Below, one piece after another: positions 12,748 to 25,517 of a DNA stretch of 64,000 bases. Origin of the DNA: Felis catus (taxonomy: Eukaryota); contig NC_058368.1 in NCBI RefSeq assembly GCF_018350175.1, forward strand, positions 238,144,001 to 238,208,000. Reading direction: 5' to 3'. The notes under the pieces are model-generated. The model saw only the letters and a list, made by a program, of their open reading frames with translations, ran no database searches and was not told the origin of the DNA. How positions within the stretch are numbered: the first letter of the stretch is position 1; the number at the start of each line of letters is the position of its first letter. The position numbers and the translations under genes were made by a program.

Positions 12748-13368
12748 ATGCCTCCCTCCTCCCCGGGCACAGACGTCCTCCCCGTGCCTCCGTCCTCCCC
12801 GTGCACAGACGTCTTCCCGTGTTTCTGTCCTCCCCGGCCACAGACGACCTCCTCGATCCTCCCTCCTCCCTGTGCACAGACATCCTCCCCGATCCTCCCT
12901 CCTCCCCGTGCACAGACGTCCTCCCCGTGCCTCCCTCCTCCCCGTGCACAGACATCCTCCCCGGGCACAGACGTCCTCCCCGTGCCTCCCTCCTCCCCGG
13001 GCACAGACGTCGTCCTCCCCGATCCTCCCTTCTCCCCATGCACAGACGTCCTCCCCGTGCCCCCGTCCTCCCTGGGCACAGACGTCCTCCCCAATCCTCC
13101 CTCCTCCCCGTGCACAGACGTCCTCCCCGTGCCTCCCTCCTCCCTGTGCACAAACATCCTCCCCATGCCCCCGTCCTCCCCGGGCACAGACGTCCTCCCC
13201 AATCCTCCATCCCCCCCGTGCACAGACGTCCTCCCCATGCCTCCCTCCTCCCCGTGCAAAGACGTCCTCCCCGTGCCTCCCTCCTCCCCGGGCACAGACG
13301 TCCTCCCCAATCCTCCCTCCTCCCCATGCACAGGCGTCCTCCCCGTGCCACCGTCCTCCCGGTGCACA
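12748..13368. repeat. GC-rich minisatellite, 36-bp unit (CCTCCCTCCTCCCCG[G/T]GCACAGACGTCCTCCCCGTG), about 17 copies
   Basis: Directly visible periodicity. It produces the 12-aa PPSSPGTDVLPV repeats in the ORF track. Confidence 0.97.
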
Positions 13369-14281
13369 CCGCAAACACGCCTTCCCCACGACCAGCCCCA
13401 AACGCAGGAGGAAGCCAGCTCAGCCAGGACACCGTTCCCCCGTGGTGGTGAGGGCAGCAAGCTCGGTGAGCGCCCTGTCTCCACGCTGCGAGGACCCAGG
13501 ATCCAGCCGGCAGCCGGTGGATCTCAAAAGCCGCGGAGCCCTCATGTGGGCCTCCCGCTCCGTGCGTCTGTGGCGTCTCCACCCCGAGCTCTGCAAGAAG
13601 GGGCCGTGGCTGCAGCCGCACGCAAGTGCCACGGCGGCCTCCGCCCGCCAGGGGGGGCACCACGGCCCCTCCGCCACTCCCGCGGCCGCCACGGGAGGGG
13701 ACAGGAGACGACATCCCCCGACGCTTAGTGTCCACTTTCAAGCGGTGCGGGCGGCACACTCCTGGGGGGAGAAGCCCAAGTCGGCCTCCCCGAGACTTTC
13801 GGTCCCTCGTCCGCAACCAGGGAGAATCACCCCACGTGCAACGTACTTGCAACAAAGCGGCGAAACCATGTTCCTAAGTGCTCGGTGCACTCGGGGACGT
13901 CTAACAAACGGAGGCACGCGCGTACCCGCCCTTCCGTCCGTCACGCGGAGGGCACCGCCCGCCCCGGCGCTGGAAACACGCATCGTCCTATGCAGCTCTT
14001 TGGCGTGAACGTTCCGTTCCTCCTGACCCACACGTGCCAGGCTGCAGCACAGAGCCCGCCCGGCCCTCCCCTGCATGGCCACCCCTCCCTGCCCGCAGTG
14101 GAGGACCTTGTGCGGACCAGTCTCGGAAAGGAGCGTCAGCCGTGGCACCTGCACCGTGACTCCACCACACGTGGAGTTCTGGATGAGGCAACACCAACCA
14201 TGACGGGAAAATAGAGCAGATGGGGAACAGAGCCTGGCTCTGGGGCCAAGGGGTCCTGGTGGAGAAGGACAACGCTCTGAC

Positions 14282-14343
14282 TTTGTTTCTTAAGTTCATT
14301 TATTTTGAGACAGACAGAGAGCACGACCAGAGGGGGTGGCAGG

Positions 14344-14383
<40 letters not shown>

Positions 14384-14507
14384 CCCAAGCAGGCTCCTTG
14401 CTGTCAGCGCAGAGCCCGACGTGGGGCTCGAACCCAGAAACCGTGAGACCAGGACCTGAGCCGAATCAAGAGTCCGACGCTTAACCGACTGAGCCCCCAG
14501 GCGCCCC
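14282..14507 (-). mobile_element. Can-SINE, reverse orientation, with (GA)n tract
   Basis: ttcatttattttgagacagacaga…(ga)n atcccaagcaggctcc…cttaaccgactgagcccccaggcgcccc. Confidence 0.93.
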
Positions 14508-15812
14508 AGGAAATGTTCTGACTTTGCAGAGGTTTGTGCTTCACGGGTGTTCGCATTTGTCAAAACACAGAGAAGGTTCATGGAGATTTGGACATTTTAT
14601 TTATACTTGCTAATATTTATAATACTTTTCTCCAAAGAACAGCAACTGAGAAAGTCCCGAGTTCCAGGTAATGACGCTGCTGACGTGTGGAGAGACAGTG
14701 CGTGCCCGTCCCCCTCTACTTCGACGAGGCAGATGCGAGAACGTGTCATAAGGCCAGTGCAGGAAAGGGTCCTGAGCGAGCCAAGGTGGGGGTCCTACAG
14801 TATTTATTATAAAATTACAAAATTCTTTCTATTTTGCCACATATTTTTCAGTTTCATAAAATGTCGATAAAGTTAATGTCAAAAAAATTAAATGGCGGAA
14901 CTCAGATGGAACATACCAGCCACCAAACGACAAGAGAACAGGTGGATCTCCATCAGCTGACAGGACACAGGCCGACCCCTGGGTCTCGCCTGGGGAAGGG
15001 GGGCACTGCCCCCCAACAGGAAGCCCACGAGGTTTTTAAGGAACAGGTATCAGCGAGGACCGAAAGAGGTCCAGATGGTAAAAATACAGCTCTTGGACTC
15101 GCCCCAACCTCTCTTGGGTGCGTAAAGCATGCAGACAAGCCTTCTGGTCTGCAAACATTTGCCATTTCTCATGGAGCAAGAAGGTGTCTCAAAGGGCAGA
15201 ACCAGAAGCCCCAGGAGCAGGGGGCCCTGACAGAGCAGCTGGCAGCTTGTGCCTCGTGGGAGGACATGGCTGCTGGGGGCCAGCGAGTGCGCTTGCCATC
15301 CCTCACCCCCCTTTGAGCAGGCACATCTTCTGTAGTAGCCCCCCTCCCATCTCATCACATTGCCAGCCAGGAGCCGTGTCCAAGATGGGGGGGCGGCTGC
15401 AGCCTTGTGCAAAGACACAGGCTTCAGTTGGCTCCCCGCTCCCCCCGAGCCCTGATTTTCCGTGACATTTGTCATTCCCAGAGCCTACTCTTATCATGCA
15501 AATGTCCTCGTTCCGGTTAGAAAATGTGCAGGGGCCAGGGGCGGGAGGCCACTGTGCTGAGTCCCTTCCTGCAAAGAGAACGACTCCTGGGCTACAGCCA
15601 AGCTCCTTGTGCTCACAGAAGTTCCGCCGGAAGTCGGGTGAGGTCACTGTCCGCAAACATAGAGCGCTACCGTGCCCGGCGGGTCCAGCGACTTGAGCGT
15701 CCGGTAACGAACCAAAGCCGAGAGGTGAGGAGAGGTTTCTGGCGAACGTCAGAAAGCCTCCCACTCCACTTCTAAGGTCTTACAACAAAGAGCCTATGAA
15801 ACACAGTATTTC

Positions 15813-16009
15813 GGGGCACCTGGGGGGCCCAGTCAGTTAAGCGTCCGACTCTTGATTTCGGCTCAGGTCACGATCTCACACGTGCACGAGCTCAGGCCCC
15901 GAATCGGGCTCCGCGCTGACACACGGAGCCTGCTTGGGACTCTCTCTCCCTCCCTCTCTGTGCCCCTCCTCGGATCTCTCTCCCTCACAATAAAGAAACA
16001 AACTTTAAA
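15813..16009 (+). mobile_element. Can-SINE (older subfamily)
   Basis: ggggcacctggggggcccagtcagttaagcgtccgactcttgatttcggctcaggtcacgatc… with a CT-rich region and A-rich tail. Confidence 0.9.
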
Positions 16010-19000
16010 AACAGCTGTACTTCAAGAGGTGAGACAACGAGTATTCGAACGGGCCTCGCTGATCACGTGATACACACCCACCACCGGCACCCACCAGAAG
16101 GGCGGAAAAACGCTGCTGTTCCGCGTCGTCGTCTGCACCTGCCACCCTCCCGGCAGCGCGCTCCCCCGACGGGTCCGCGACGAGTCCCAGGACCGGCGGT
16201 GAGGGGGACGCGCGCCTTCTCGCGGTAACGTCTGCGTCTCAAACACCAAGGAGGGGCGGCTGTTCGAACATCGGCTGATGGAAACCTGAGTGTGCTTTCT
16301 GCCCCTTGCCCGAAAATGGCACCGCACGGGTACACTGCCATTTAATAAATCAGAAAAGCGTGCTGTGAAGAGATGGGTTTCTTTATTGAATGACACAAAA
16401 ATTTTGGAATAAAGCAGTAATATTTCCCATGTGGCGTACGGAACCCACAACCATAAAATTACTTAGGAAACAGTATTGCACATTTTGAATTTCTTTGACT
16501 TTTGTTTGCACGATTTGAAAATTTGAAAAATATCTTCCGTTTTAGTTCATTCGAGCAGCTAAAGTTCCAAAATCCCAGTTGATTAGAGCTGCATTCTCGG
16601 TAAACAGCAGTTCTGAGAAATTGAAAGATGTATTTTCGGTGCGAATCATGTATTCATTTCATCGTACAACACAACCCAGGAGATTTGAGGCATTTAAAGG
16701 AAATTTTCTTGTTTTCTCCCCTTGCCATTGACAACACAGAAACTCTGCTGTCCCTCCCGAGCGTTGAGACCTTGGCCAGCCCACTCGCGGCCTTGCGCCC
16801 TCCCCGGGCTGCACGCTCCACCGGCCGCCCCGTAGGACGAGTCCACGGCAGGGACGGGAACCCGGCGTGTGGGTGTCCCTTCCGCTGCCCCCGCAGCTGG
16901 TCCCCCTGCATCCACCCTCGAGGCCTCTGGACGGGAGAGGCTGACGCGGGGTTCCTGGGAGACCGTGGAGACCACAGGTCCTGTGCCGGCGGGAGGATCC
17001 CCGTGATGGCGCCGGCCCCTCGGCAGGAGCTGATAACGGTCTAGGACCCTCAGCGTAGACCCTGAGCCTCTGACGTCTGTGCCCCGAGTCGCAGGACAGC
17101 GGCGGGACGGCCCCACGGCAAACGCGTCCCGTGCCGGCGGGGCAGTGACGCAGCGCGGGCGACGGGTGGCGGGGAAGATCAGGAGAGCCTGAGGCACAGT
17201 CAAAAGCACGAGGCGGCGGAAGACGGAAGCTACGTTTCCCCCAAGTGACACGATGCCGGCGAGGGTCCTGGGCTGGGAACCACCTGCGTGGGGCACGCAT
17301 TTCAGGGGGCACCCTGACCACAGCCGGGGGCACACGGAGTGGACGCAGGGAAGTGCGCAGTCGGGGCAGGAGGCGGCCTGCGGGGACGTGGAGCCCCCAC
17401 TGGGCGGGCGGGGGACGTCGAGCCGGGGGGCTGGCTGTCGGACGGGGCAGGGGCGAGGGAGCCCCAGAGGAGCTGCCTTTCAGGGGCCGAGAGAGGCGGC
17501 TTGGGTAGGGTGGGGGGCGCGGAGGCCGGCCTCGGGGCCGGGGGGTGTCTGGTGCGGGGCGAGGAGGGCTGGCGGGTCCGCGGGTCGGGTCGCCGGGACG
17601 GTCAGAGCCCCCGCCCGCGTGTCAAGGCACAGCCTGCGCATTAACCTTCTCACGGCGCCCGCCCTGTGCCGAGAGCCGGCGGCGCTAGGGAGCGAGAGGG
17701 ACCCCGTGTGCGAGCCCCCCGGGAAGGGCTCCGCGCCCCAGTGGGAGCCGCGAGCTCCGCGTGAAGACTCCTGTTGTGTGGGCCTCCGCCTGCCGGGTCT
17801 GGGACCCCGATTCGGGAACCGCTCCCTGGCCCAGGAGCCGGAGGTCTGGGGGATCCAGGACAGGCTGAACCCGGGAAGCTGTCTATCTGCCAAAAGGCGG
17901 CAACACTTGGGGCTCAACCTTCTGGAAGTGTCCACCGCTGGAGGGCGTGATCCATTCCCCTCTGACGCCTGAACGATGTCCGCTGAGGCCCGTGGACGGG
18001 GCTTGGTAAACGCTTGTCACCATAACTGCCTGGCACCGGGAGGCCTCTGGCAGCCCTCGGTCCACATTCCCGCCAGGCCACGTGGGAGGCGCTGGGGGCG
18101 CTGGGGCCCCAGAGCCAGTCTGCCCCTCAAACCCCGCGGCCCCGAGCCCCACGGTGCTCCCTCGTGGGCCGCGCACTCGCAACGTGGCGCCACGTGAGTG
18201 AGGGATTATTTCCCGGGCACGAGAAGGACCCATGTCCCTGCTCGCTCCGAGTATCGAGCATCCTGACCGCAGGCGTCCGTAAGTCCCGCTGAGGGACGTT
18301 ATTTGTTGAGCGAGTTTAAGCAATGACTTGGTCCTTGGACAGTTTCCCAGCTCAAGAACCTGACGCCCAAACCTCGCTGTTCAATTATTTACCTGCCCAA
18401 GTGGAAAGGTCAAAGCACCGAAGGCCACTCAGAGGACAGCAGCTCTGACCGGCGGTCACGCCCGGCAGGGGCAGAAGCACCACAGGTCGGCCAGCCACCG
18501 AGCCGGTCACGTTCACACTGGACAGGAATTGCTGTGGTGCCACGGCTGAACTCACCAGATGATGCTACAAATTTTAAAGACACTCTATATTTAAATTAAA
18601 TCACCTGGTGTTCATTCTGTACTTCTCGATCACAAATTCAAGATGGACGGTTGGCTGTAAGACCAAAGGTAAGGACCTGGCGTTATTTTCTTACAAAGAT
18701 GAGACAAGTGTGGGTGCTTACGCTGTGCCTTTCACACTCGTTCACGTGCTTTGTTTCCTCACGCGTCCTGACTCTGAGAGTGACTGCGGCCGTCGACATC
18801 GGCTACGTGCCCCAGACATCCCTCGAGGGAAGGGATAAGCCTCCGCGGAGAAAACACTCAAATACTGGGAATTAAAAACCTTTTCATATTAACTGGGTTT
18901 ATGATGACGGAAATTAATGCCACAAAAAAACCGTGGCGGGGGGCTTTGGACCCACTGGTGAGCCCGTGGCTCACACACACTGTTGCCTTAGAGACAGAAA

Positions 19001-19759
19001 CCGCCCCCAGACACACAGCCCTTCCCTTGATGCTAAAAGGACCTTGAAAGCAGGAAACTTTTTTTAATCCGTAAATGACCATAAAACCATAAAAACCCTC
19101 AAGCCTGCCTCATGACAGTCCCCGTGTCCCCACAAGTGCCCGAGGCTTCAGGGACAGAGGCCACGCTGAGCGCATGTGAGGAAAGACTCGGAAGTGACAG
19201 GGCAGCAGGCGCCTGTTGTTAACTCGGCCCGAGACCCGGGGATTCGGTGCAGGTCTGACGATGCCTCGTCCCTGCGTCCCGACAAGTCTGTGGCACCATC
19301 GCATTCCACCCGCAGCCTTTGCCTCGAGGCGTGGACGGATCCAGGCTGGACGGAGACAAAGCCTCTTTCCGACCGGACCTCTCCCCTCCCCTCCGTAAGC
19401 AGCAGCTGTCTACGGGGACAGGAGGAGAAAGGGGGATTTTTGTTCAAATAATTTGTCTGTAAAGTGGAGAGGACACACATACGCCGAGCTGTGCCACTGG
19501 CAATCTCCGAGTATTGGGATTTGAAGTAAGTTTCGTTATTATTATTATTACTATTATTTGCTTCTCCACACACTCGGTACCCCTCTTGCAAAGAGAAAAC
19601 AGCCAGTAAGAACTTTTGAGGCAAATAGTGTGCTAGGCACCGATGAAGTTCATGCTAGAAACCGATGCAGATCTGTTCATTTTGTGGTTGTTGCTTCAGA
19701 AAGTGAAGCTGTAAAAAAAAAAAAAAAAGAAAAAAAAAATTAAAAAAAAAAAGAAAAAA

Positions 19760-19972
19760 GGGGCACCTGGGTGGTGCAGTCGGTTAAGCGTCCGACTTCA
19801 GCCAGGTCACGATCTCGCGGTGCGTGAGTTCAAGCCCCGCGTCGGGCTCTGGGCTGATGGCTCTGTTTCCGATTCTGTGTCTCCCTCTCTCTCTGCCCCT
19901 CCCCCGTTCATGCTCTCTCTCTGTCCCAAAAATAAATAAAAACGTTGAAAAAAAAATTAAAAAAAAAAAAAA
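19760..19972 (+). mobile_element. Young Can-SINE with a small internal deletion, preceded by an orphan A-tract (19712-19759)
   Basis: Canonical head; lacks the GGAGCCTGGAGC segment seen in sibling copies. The direct repeat AGAAAGTGAAGCT lies at 19698-19710 and 19973-19985. Confidence 0.93.
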
Positions 19973-20280
19973 AGAAAGTGAAGCTCTGCAGTTTTGAGTG
20001 AAAATGGTGGCAGAACACGCCGACTGTCCACCTGCAGTGAGTGGACAAGGGAGGGAACAGCCCCCAAGTCCCCGTGGCCACCATGGCTTCCTCAACAAGC
20101 TGGCTGCTCTCGGCAGCCCGGCTAAGCAGGGCGGCAGGGGTCCCGGGCCGACCCTGAAGGTCTCACCTGCGGTGAGACAGAGACCCCTGTGACCCGTCCC
20201 CCTGACCTCCGTCACGCGGTCCTCGGTGCCCCCAGGTGTGGAAGACAATGCCTCAGACACCTGTTGAAAACAAGACGTCA

Positions 20281-20476
20281 GGGGCGCCTGGGTGGCTCAG
20301 TCGGTTGAGCATCTGACTTTGGCTCGGGTCATGATCTCACAGTTCATGAGTTCGAGCCCGCGTCGGGCTCTGTGCTGATGGTTCGGAGCCTGGAGCCTGT
20401 TTTGGATTCTGTGTCTCCCTCTCATTCTGCCCCTCCCCTGTTCGTGCTCTGTCTCTGTCTCATGGATAAGTTAACA

Positions 20477-20515
<39 letters not shown>

Positions 20516-20546
20516 AAAGTCTAATTAAAAAAAAGAAAAAGAAAAA
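20281..20546 (+). mobile_element. Can-SINE with a (GA)n microsatellite in the tail
   Basis: Canonical head. The TSD GAAAACAAGA[C/T]GTCA lies at 20266-20280 and 20547-20561, with one CpG-type difference. Confidence 0.93.
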
Positions 20547-21545
20547 GAAAACAAGATGTCACCCAAGACCATCGCGATGGGGACAGTCGGGGACCTAAAT
20601 CCGGACGCACCAGCGGGCGGGGACTTACCGGTGTGGACAGTGACCAGGCAGGTGGGTCTTTAGGGTAACAGAGCCAGTGTGGGTCTTGGAGAACGCGTCC
20701 TGGGACGGTGGGCACCCATCAAGGGCACCTCCTGGACGGAACGTCAGCTCGGGTCCCCCGAGCCCCTGTCGCCGGGCCGACCTCCGGCCGCCAGCGCACT
20801 TGTGGCAAGAATCCCGCCAATCTGGTCGCTGAGTGTCCCTCCCCCCACCCGACGTCAGCCGGGCTCCCCCTCCTTCCAGACACCAGACTCGCTGCTCTCA
20901 GTGACCGTCCACCCGGTAAGTTGGGGGGAGCTTGGCTGAGGTCTTAACAACGTGCATTCCGCACTCTAGGTCTCCTCCCTCGCTTCCAGCTTGATCAGCA
21001 TCACGGGCCGTGTGACGGTGCGGCTGGCCTGCGTTCCCCGGGCCGCTGTGCCCTTCAGAGTCCCGGAGGCAGAATGGGGCTTGGCGTGTGCACAGCCTCA
21101 GTTCCCACCGCCTTGTCCGGACACATTCTGGCGTAGGCAGGGAGGGACGGCCGGACGGCAAAGCGAGGCCGTGACTGCCACTCTGCGCGTTCAAAACCAC
21201 TCCGAACATCGCAGCCAAATTTCTAACATTCTCACAAAAACGGCGATGGCAGCGACGCTAGGATGTGGTCCCATTAACATCGAGCCAAGTGGCTACACTT
21301 ACGCTTCTCACTAACTCAGATCATTCATGAATTTGTCCGATCGGCCAGAAAGTACCTATCGCAAGCCATGACCTGCCAGGCACCGAGCAGGGCCCCGGGC
21401 AGAGGGTCGGCGGGGAGGACGGGGTCCTGCCCTGCGGGACCCCAGTGTGACGGGCCCCAGACGCCGCCGGCGGAAAGCTAGGTGCCTGTCGGGCAGGTCA
21501 CACCGGCTAGGTTCTCCTGACTTCCAGTGCAAGGACAAAGCTGTC

Positions 21546-21754
21546 GGGGCGCCTGGGGGGCTCAGTCGGTCAAGCGTCTGACTCCTGGTTTCACTCAGGT
21601 CACGATGTCACAGTTCGTGGGATGGAGCCCCACGTCAGGCTCTGTGCCAACAGCGTGGATCCCGCTTGGGACTCTCTCTCTCCCTCTATCTCTTCCCCAG
21701 CCCTCCTTGCTCTCTCTCTCTCTCTCTCTCCATCTCTAAAAAAAAAAAAAAAAA
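21546..21754 (+). mobile_element. Can-SINE (older subfamily)
   Basis: ggggcgcctgggggctcagtcggtcaagcgtctgactc…(CT)n…A tail; GACAAAGC flanks both sides. Confidence 0.9.
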
Positions 21755-23179
21755 CAGACAAAGCCTCGAACCGCCAGGAAGAGTGAAGAAGGGGTAGAAG
21801 TGAATCAGGAATCAGGAGCCCTTCTGTCGTGACGCACACGTGGCACAGGTGGCCTCCCTCGGTCACGCTGGGAAACGTGTCAGCAAACATGCAGAGAGGT
21901 TATTCTCCGAAGGGAGGAAATGAACCAGAAGCCCTCGCCCTGAACTCCCAGCCGAAGGAAAACCTTCGAAGTCACTCCATTGCAATGAGGACCCGAGTCA
22001 GGCTACATCTCCACACGGGCCACAGACAGAAGCCCCCCCCCCCCCCGCCCTGGCCTCTGCAGGCAGGAGGCGGGAAGGCCCAGCGGAAGGAGAGGCGGAG
22101 GCCTGGGACCCGGACCCTGGGGGGGCCGTGCCCCGCCAAGTGGAAGGAGAAGGAGCGTCCTGACGCCCGGCCGCTCAAGCCACCTCCTCGCCGCTTGCTG
22201 AATTCCCACCGGCTCCGGGGAGGAAATCTAGAAGTGCACTGGCTGGAAAGCTGGAGGCCGCCGTAACGGCAGCGGGTCTGCTGAGACCCCGCTAATCGCT
22301 TCCAGGAAGGGAAGAGCGTCCCCGAGTAGCAGCCACGGGTCCTCCGGAGGCCACGGCCGGCGTCCACTCAGACGGAAGCGACACGATTTTATCACCTGAG
22401 TGGCGGTCCAGGTGCACTAATGGAGGCCCACGTGAGCCCCAGTCCCTTTAGGTGGGAGACCTGCTGGCTGCTTTTGTCTGCTATTCTTAGGAGAACGTCT
22501 TTGGATCCAACTTTAAGTCTTTTCTTAAAAAAAAGGGGGGGAAGCAGCGTATTTTCCAGCTGACTGTTGCTTCATTTTCAAGACACGGCACAAGGCTCCC
22601 TGCAGAGGCTTCTCACCTCTGGCTGGGGTAACCCGGCTCAGGGGCAGGGAGTCACCCCCCGGACTCCCATAAAGTAAATCCTCAAGAAGGCTAGGGGACA
22701 GAGAGGCCCCGAAGGCCCTTCTGTGAGGATTCATCTTTTCTTTATAAATTTTGAGGTTTCTTAAAATGATACACACACAAACCATTTTGAACCCCGTGAG
22801 GGTGCGTGAGTCAATGAAAACGTCAAGACAGACTCCAGCCCCCCCCCCCCATAGCAGACAAAAACTGGAAACAAACCAAACGGCCATCGGCCACTGAATC
22901 TGTCCACAAAATGTGGCAATAGCCACCCACAGAATCAGACTGGCAATAAAAAGGAACAAACCACTGATTCACGCTCCACAGGGACGCACCTCAAAACCTT
23001 GCTAAAAAAATTAAAATGTGGTGCCGAAAACACCAGACCTATGAGAGCAGGTATTGAGTTGAGCATTTATGTGAAATTTCTAGAAAAGGAAAGAACACAC
23101 ACAGACAGAAAACTACAGAAGCAGACCAGCAGTTGCCTGGTACTGGGGCAGGAGGAGGGGGTCGGGGGGCTAGTACATT

Positions 23180-23650
23180 ACTTGATGTGTTCGGACATCT
23201 AGAAACATCATTACCAGGCATCTGGCAGAGGATGAGAGTGTGTGGGAAATGCAATACTGGTCGCATAGAAAATTAGGCCGTGAAAACAATCACGCAAACA
23301 TTAACTCCAGGAAAAATGCAAAGTCACACAGCAAAGGAAAAATCGCAGGGCATAACTTGACTTCGCAGGATGTGGAAGCGATTTATCCAAAACTGGTGAC
23401 AAAAGTGTGTTAGGAAGAGAGAGGCACGCTGGAAAAGAGACACAGGGAAGGGCAGAAATCAGTACACAGTAGGATGACGGTATTATCTGTAAATAGAGGC
23501 AAATAGTTGAAATGGGTCAAGGAAGGGGAGGTGCTCTGAGGAACGAGAGTGGAGATGGGCAGGGGCTGCATTGTACTTTCGTACAAGCCTTTCAGTATTG
23601 TTTGATTTTGAACATCGTTCATACTAATTTTTGAAATAATAAAACCATGC
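23180..23650 (+). mobile_element. Probable ancient L1M 3' region remnant
   Basis: A-rich segment with L1M-like 3' motifs (…aactccaggaaaaa…aaaggaaa…; tgtactttcgtacaagcctttcagtattgtttgattttg…). The family is uncertain. Confidence 0.35.
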
Positions 23651-24589
23651 TGAAAAGCAAGGCATTGAACAAAACAAACCACTACAATCTACCCCCCCAC
23701 ACACACCATTTTGAAAGTATATTTTAATGCCAAAACTGCGGGAAGAACAAAAATTGGTTCAAAGGAAGATTCACTGGAGTCTCCAGCAGCAGGAAGGGGC
23801 AGGAAGGAGCCTCCCTCAGAACGCAGCCCCGTGGACTCCGACGTGTACCTCCGGAACCGTGAGGACGTCGAGTCCCGTGGTCCTGGGCCACCCGTCTGTG
23901 GCGTTCGTCATGGCCTCAGGACACTGATGCACCCGTTCTCTCAGCCCCCAGCCTGTGACATGTTCAGGACACCCCCGTACCGCCAGGACCTCCACACGCC
24001 CCCCACCCCCCGAGGCCGCCTCCCCGACCTGGGAGTCGAAAGGTCGACCTGGGAGTCGAACATTTGCCCGCGTCTGTGCCCAGAGGCGAAGGGTGGGGCG
24101 GGCAGGCCTCAGCTGGGGTCGGGCCCCTCCAAGGGTCCACCCGCCAGGGGCCGTAGGCTAGGGTGACCCCACCTGGAGAACTCCCGACACCCGCCCCCCT
24201 GGGAGCCCCCCCGCCAGGAGCAGGCCTGGCTGAGCGGCTTCCCTGCGTGGCCCCGTCTGATGCCCTTTCCCCAAACACAGGTGCCCGCTGGGCTCACGTT
24301 TCCGTGGCTCATTATTTTTCTCATGAAAAGTAATGAGTTTCAAACCAGTTCACCTTCTGGAGATGAAGATCCGGCTGGGGGAACATTACCGCCGCCTGAC
24401 CCCCAGCCCGCGGGGCACGGAGATCTTGGGAAAGGTCGCGTCTCCCTCGCTGGGAACAGGGCCCGGGGGAAGCAAGCGGCATTCTGATATTTCACGAAGC
24501 ACGCACCCGGAGAAGAACGTGGGAAGGACGGAAACAGTCCTTGAAACTGTGTTCTCCTAATTGAACACACTTCGATTCCACGGATTTTA

Positions 24590-24795
24590 TTTGGAGACTT
24601 TCCCAGCCCGTGACGGGTACCGGGCCGCCACCTGATTTTGTGGATGAGGTTTTACAAGCACACAGCCCGCCCATCCACGCATCTCCAGGCGCTTCTCCGT
24701 GACGCAGCGCTGAGTGGTGGTGACAGAGGCCACGTGGCCCCGCAGGCCAGAGAGCTTACCTTCCGGCCCTTGGTGGGAAGAGCCTGTGGACCCCG
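24590..24795 (+). mobile_element. MER58A-like hAT-Charlie remnant, GC-shifted
   Basis: 'gccgccacctgattttgtggatgaggttttacaagcacacagcccgcccatcc…gctgagtggtggtgacagaggccacgtggccccgcaggcc…ttccggccctt…gcctgtggacccc' is collinear with the recalled MER58A consensus. Confidence 0.65.
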
Positions 24796-24909
24796 CGACA
24801 GACCAGGGGCCGCCGTGGTGCACCACAGGATGGGGGGGGGGGCAGCCTTGAGTTACCAGCGTTGCACGGAAGTCCTGCTCGGTGGTCGTCTCTGAGGGCT
24901 GTAACTACC

Positions 24910-25070
24910 TGTCAATTTTAGTTCCTCCTTTCATCTCTTCTGCATTTTCCAAACTTTCTAGAATGAATTAGTTCCTCCCTTCATCTCTTCTGCATTCTCC
25001 AAACTTTCTGTCAGTTTTAGTTTCTTCTTTAATCTTTTCTACATTTTCCAAACTTTCTAGAGTGAATATT
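24910..25070. repeat. Triplicated ~50-bp pyrimidine-rich unit (TTAGTTCCTCCTTTCATCTCTTCTGCATTTTCCAAACTTTCT)
   Basis: Three diverged copies begin near 24918, 24968 and 25017. Confidence 0.85.
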
Positions 25071-25095
25071 GTAACTGTTACCCAAAAAAAAAAAC

Positions 25096-25324
25096 TTTTT
25101 TTACATTTTTTTGAAGTTTACTTATTTATTTTGAGAGAGACAAAGACAGCAAGCAGAGGAGGGGCACAGAGAGAGAGAGAGAGAGAGAGAAAAAGAGAAA
25201 CCCAAGCAGGCTCCATGTTGTCAGCACAGAGCCCGATATGGGGCTCGAACTCACGAACCGTGAGATCATGACCTGAGCTGAAATCAAGAGTGGGACACTT
25301 AACCTACTGAGCCCCCAGGTGCCC
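25096..25324 (-). mobile_element. Can-SINE, reverse orientation
   Basis: T tail, (GA)n, cccaagcaggctcc…cttaacctactgagcccccaggtgccc. Confidence 0.92.
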
Positions 25325-25517
25325 TCAAAACACATGTTTTGGTAAAAGCTGTCATGTCGTTAAACCAACCCACTCGGAGGGCGGGAGCTCAGGCGAGGCA
25401 GGTAATGGGAGGGAGGGGGGAGGGACGATAATAAAGACGCATCTCGAGAGCCCGATCCCGGGGCCAGCAGAGGGAGGCGGGAGGCAGCCAGTGTCCCAGG
25501 CTCTTGGGAGGCTCTAT

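Noticed and set aside
12135..14008. Long ORFs (364-462 aa) on both strands resembling mucin or proline-rich proteins
   Set aside because: They are produced by a stop-free 36-bp minisatellite that is open in several frames at once, with no splice structure or domain.
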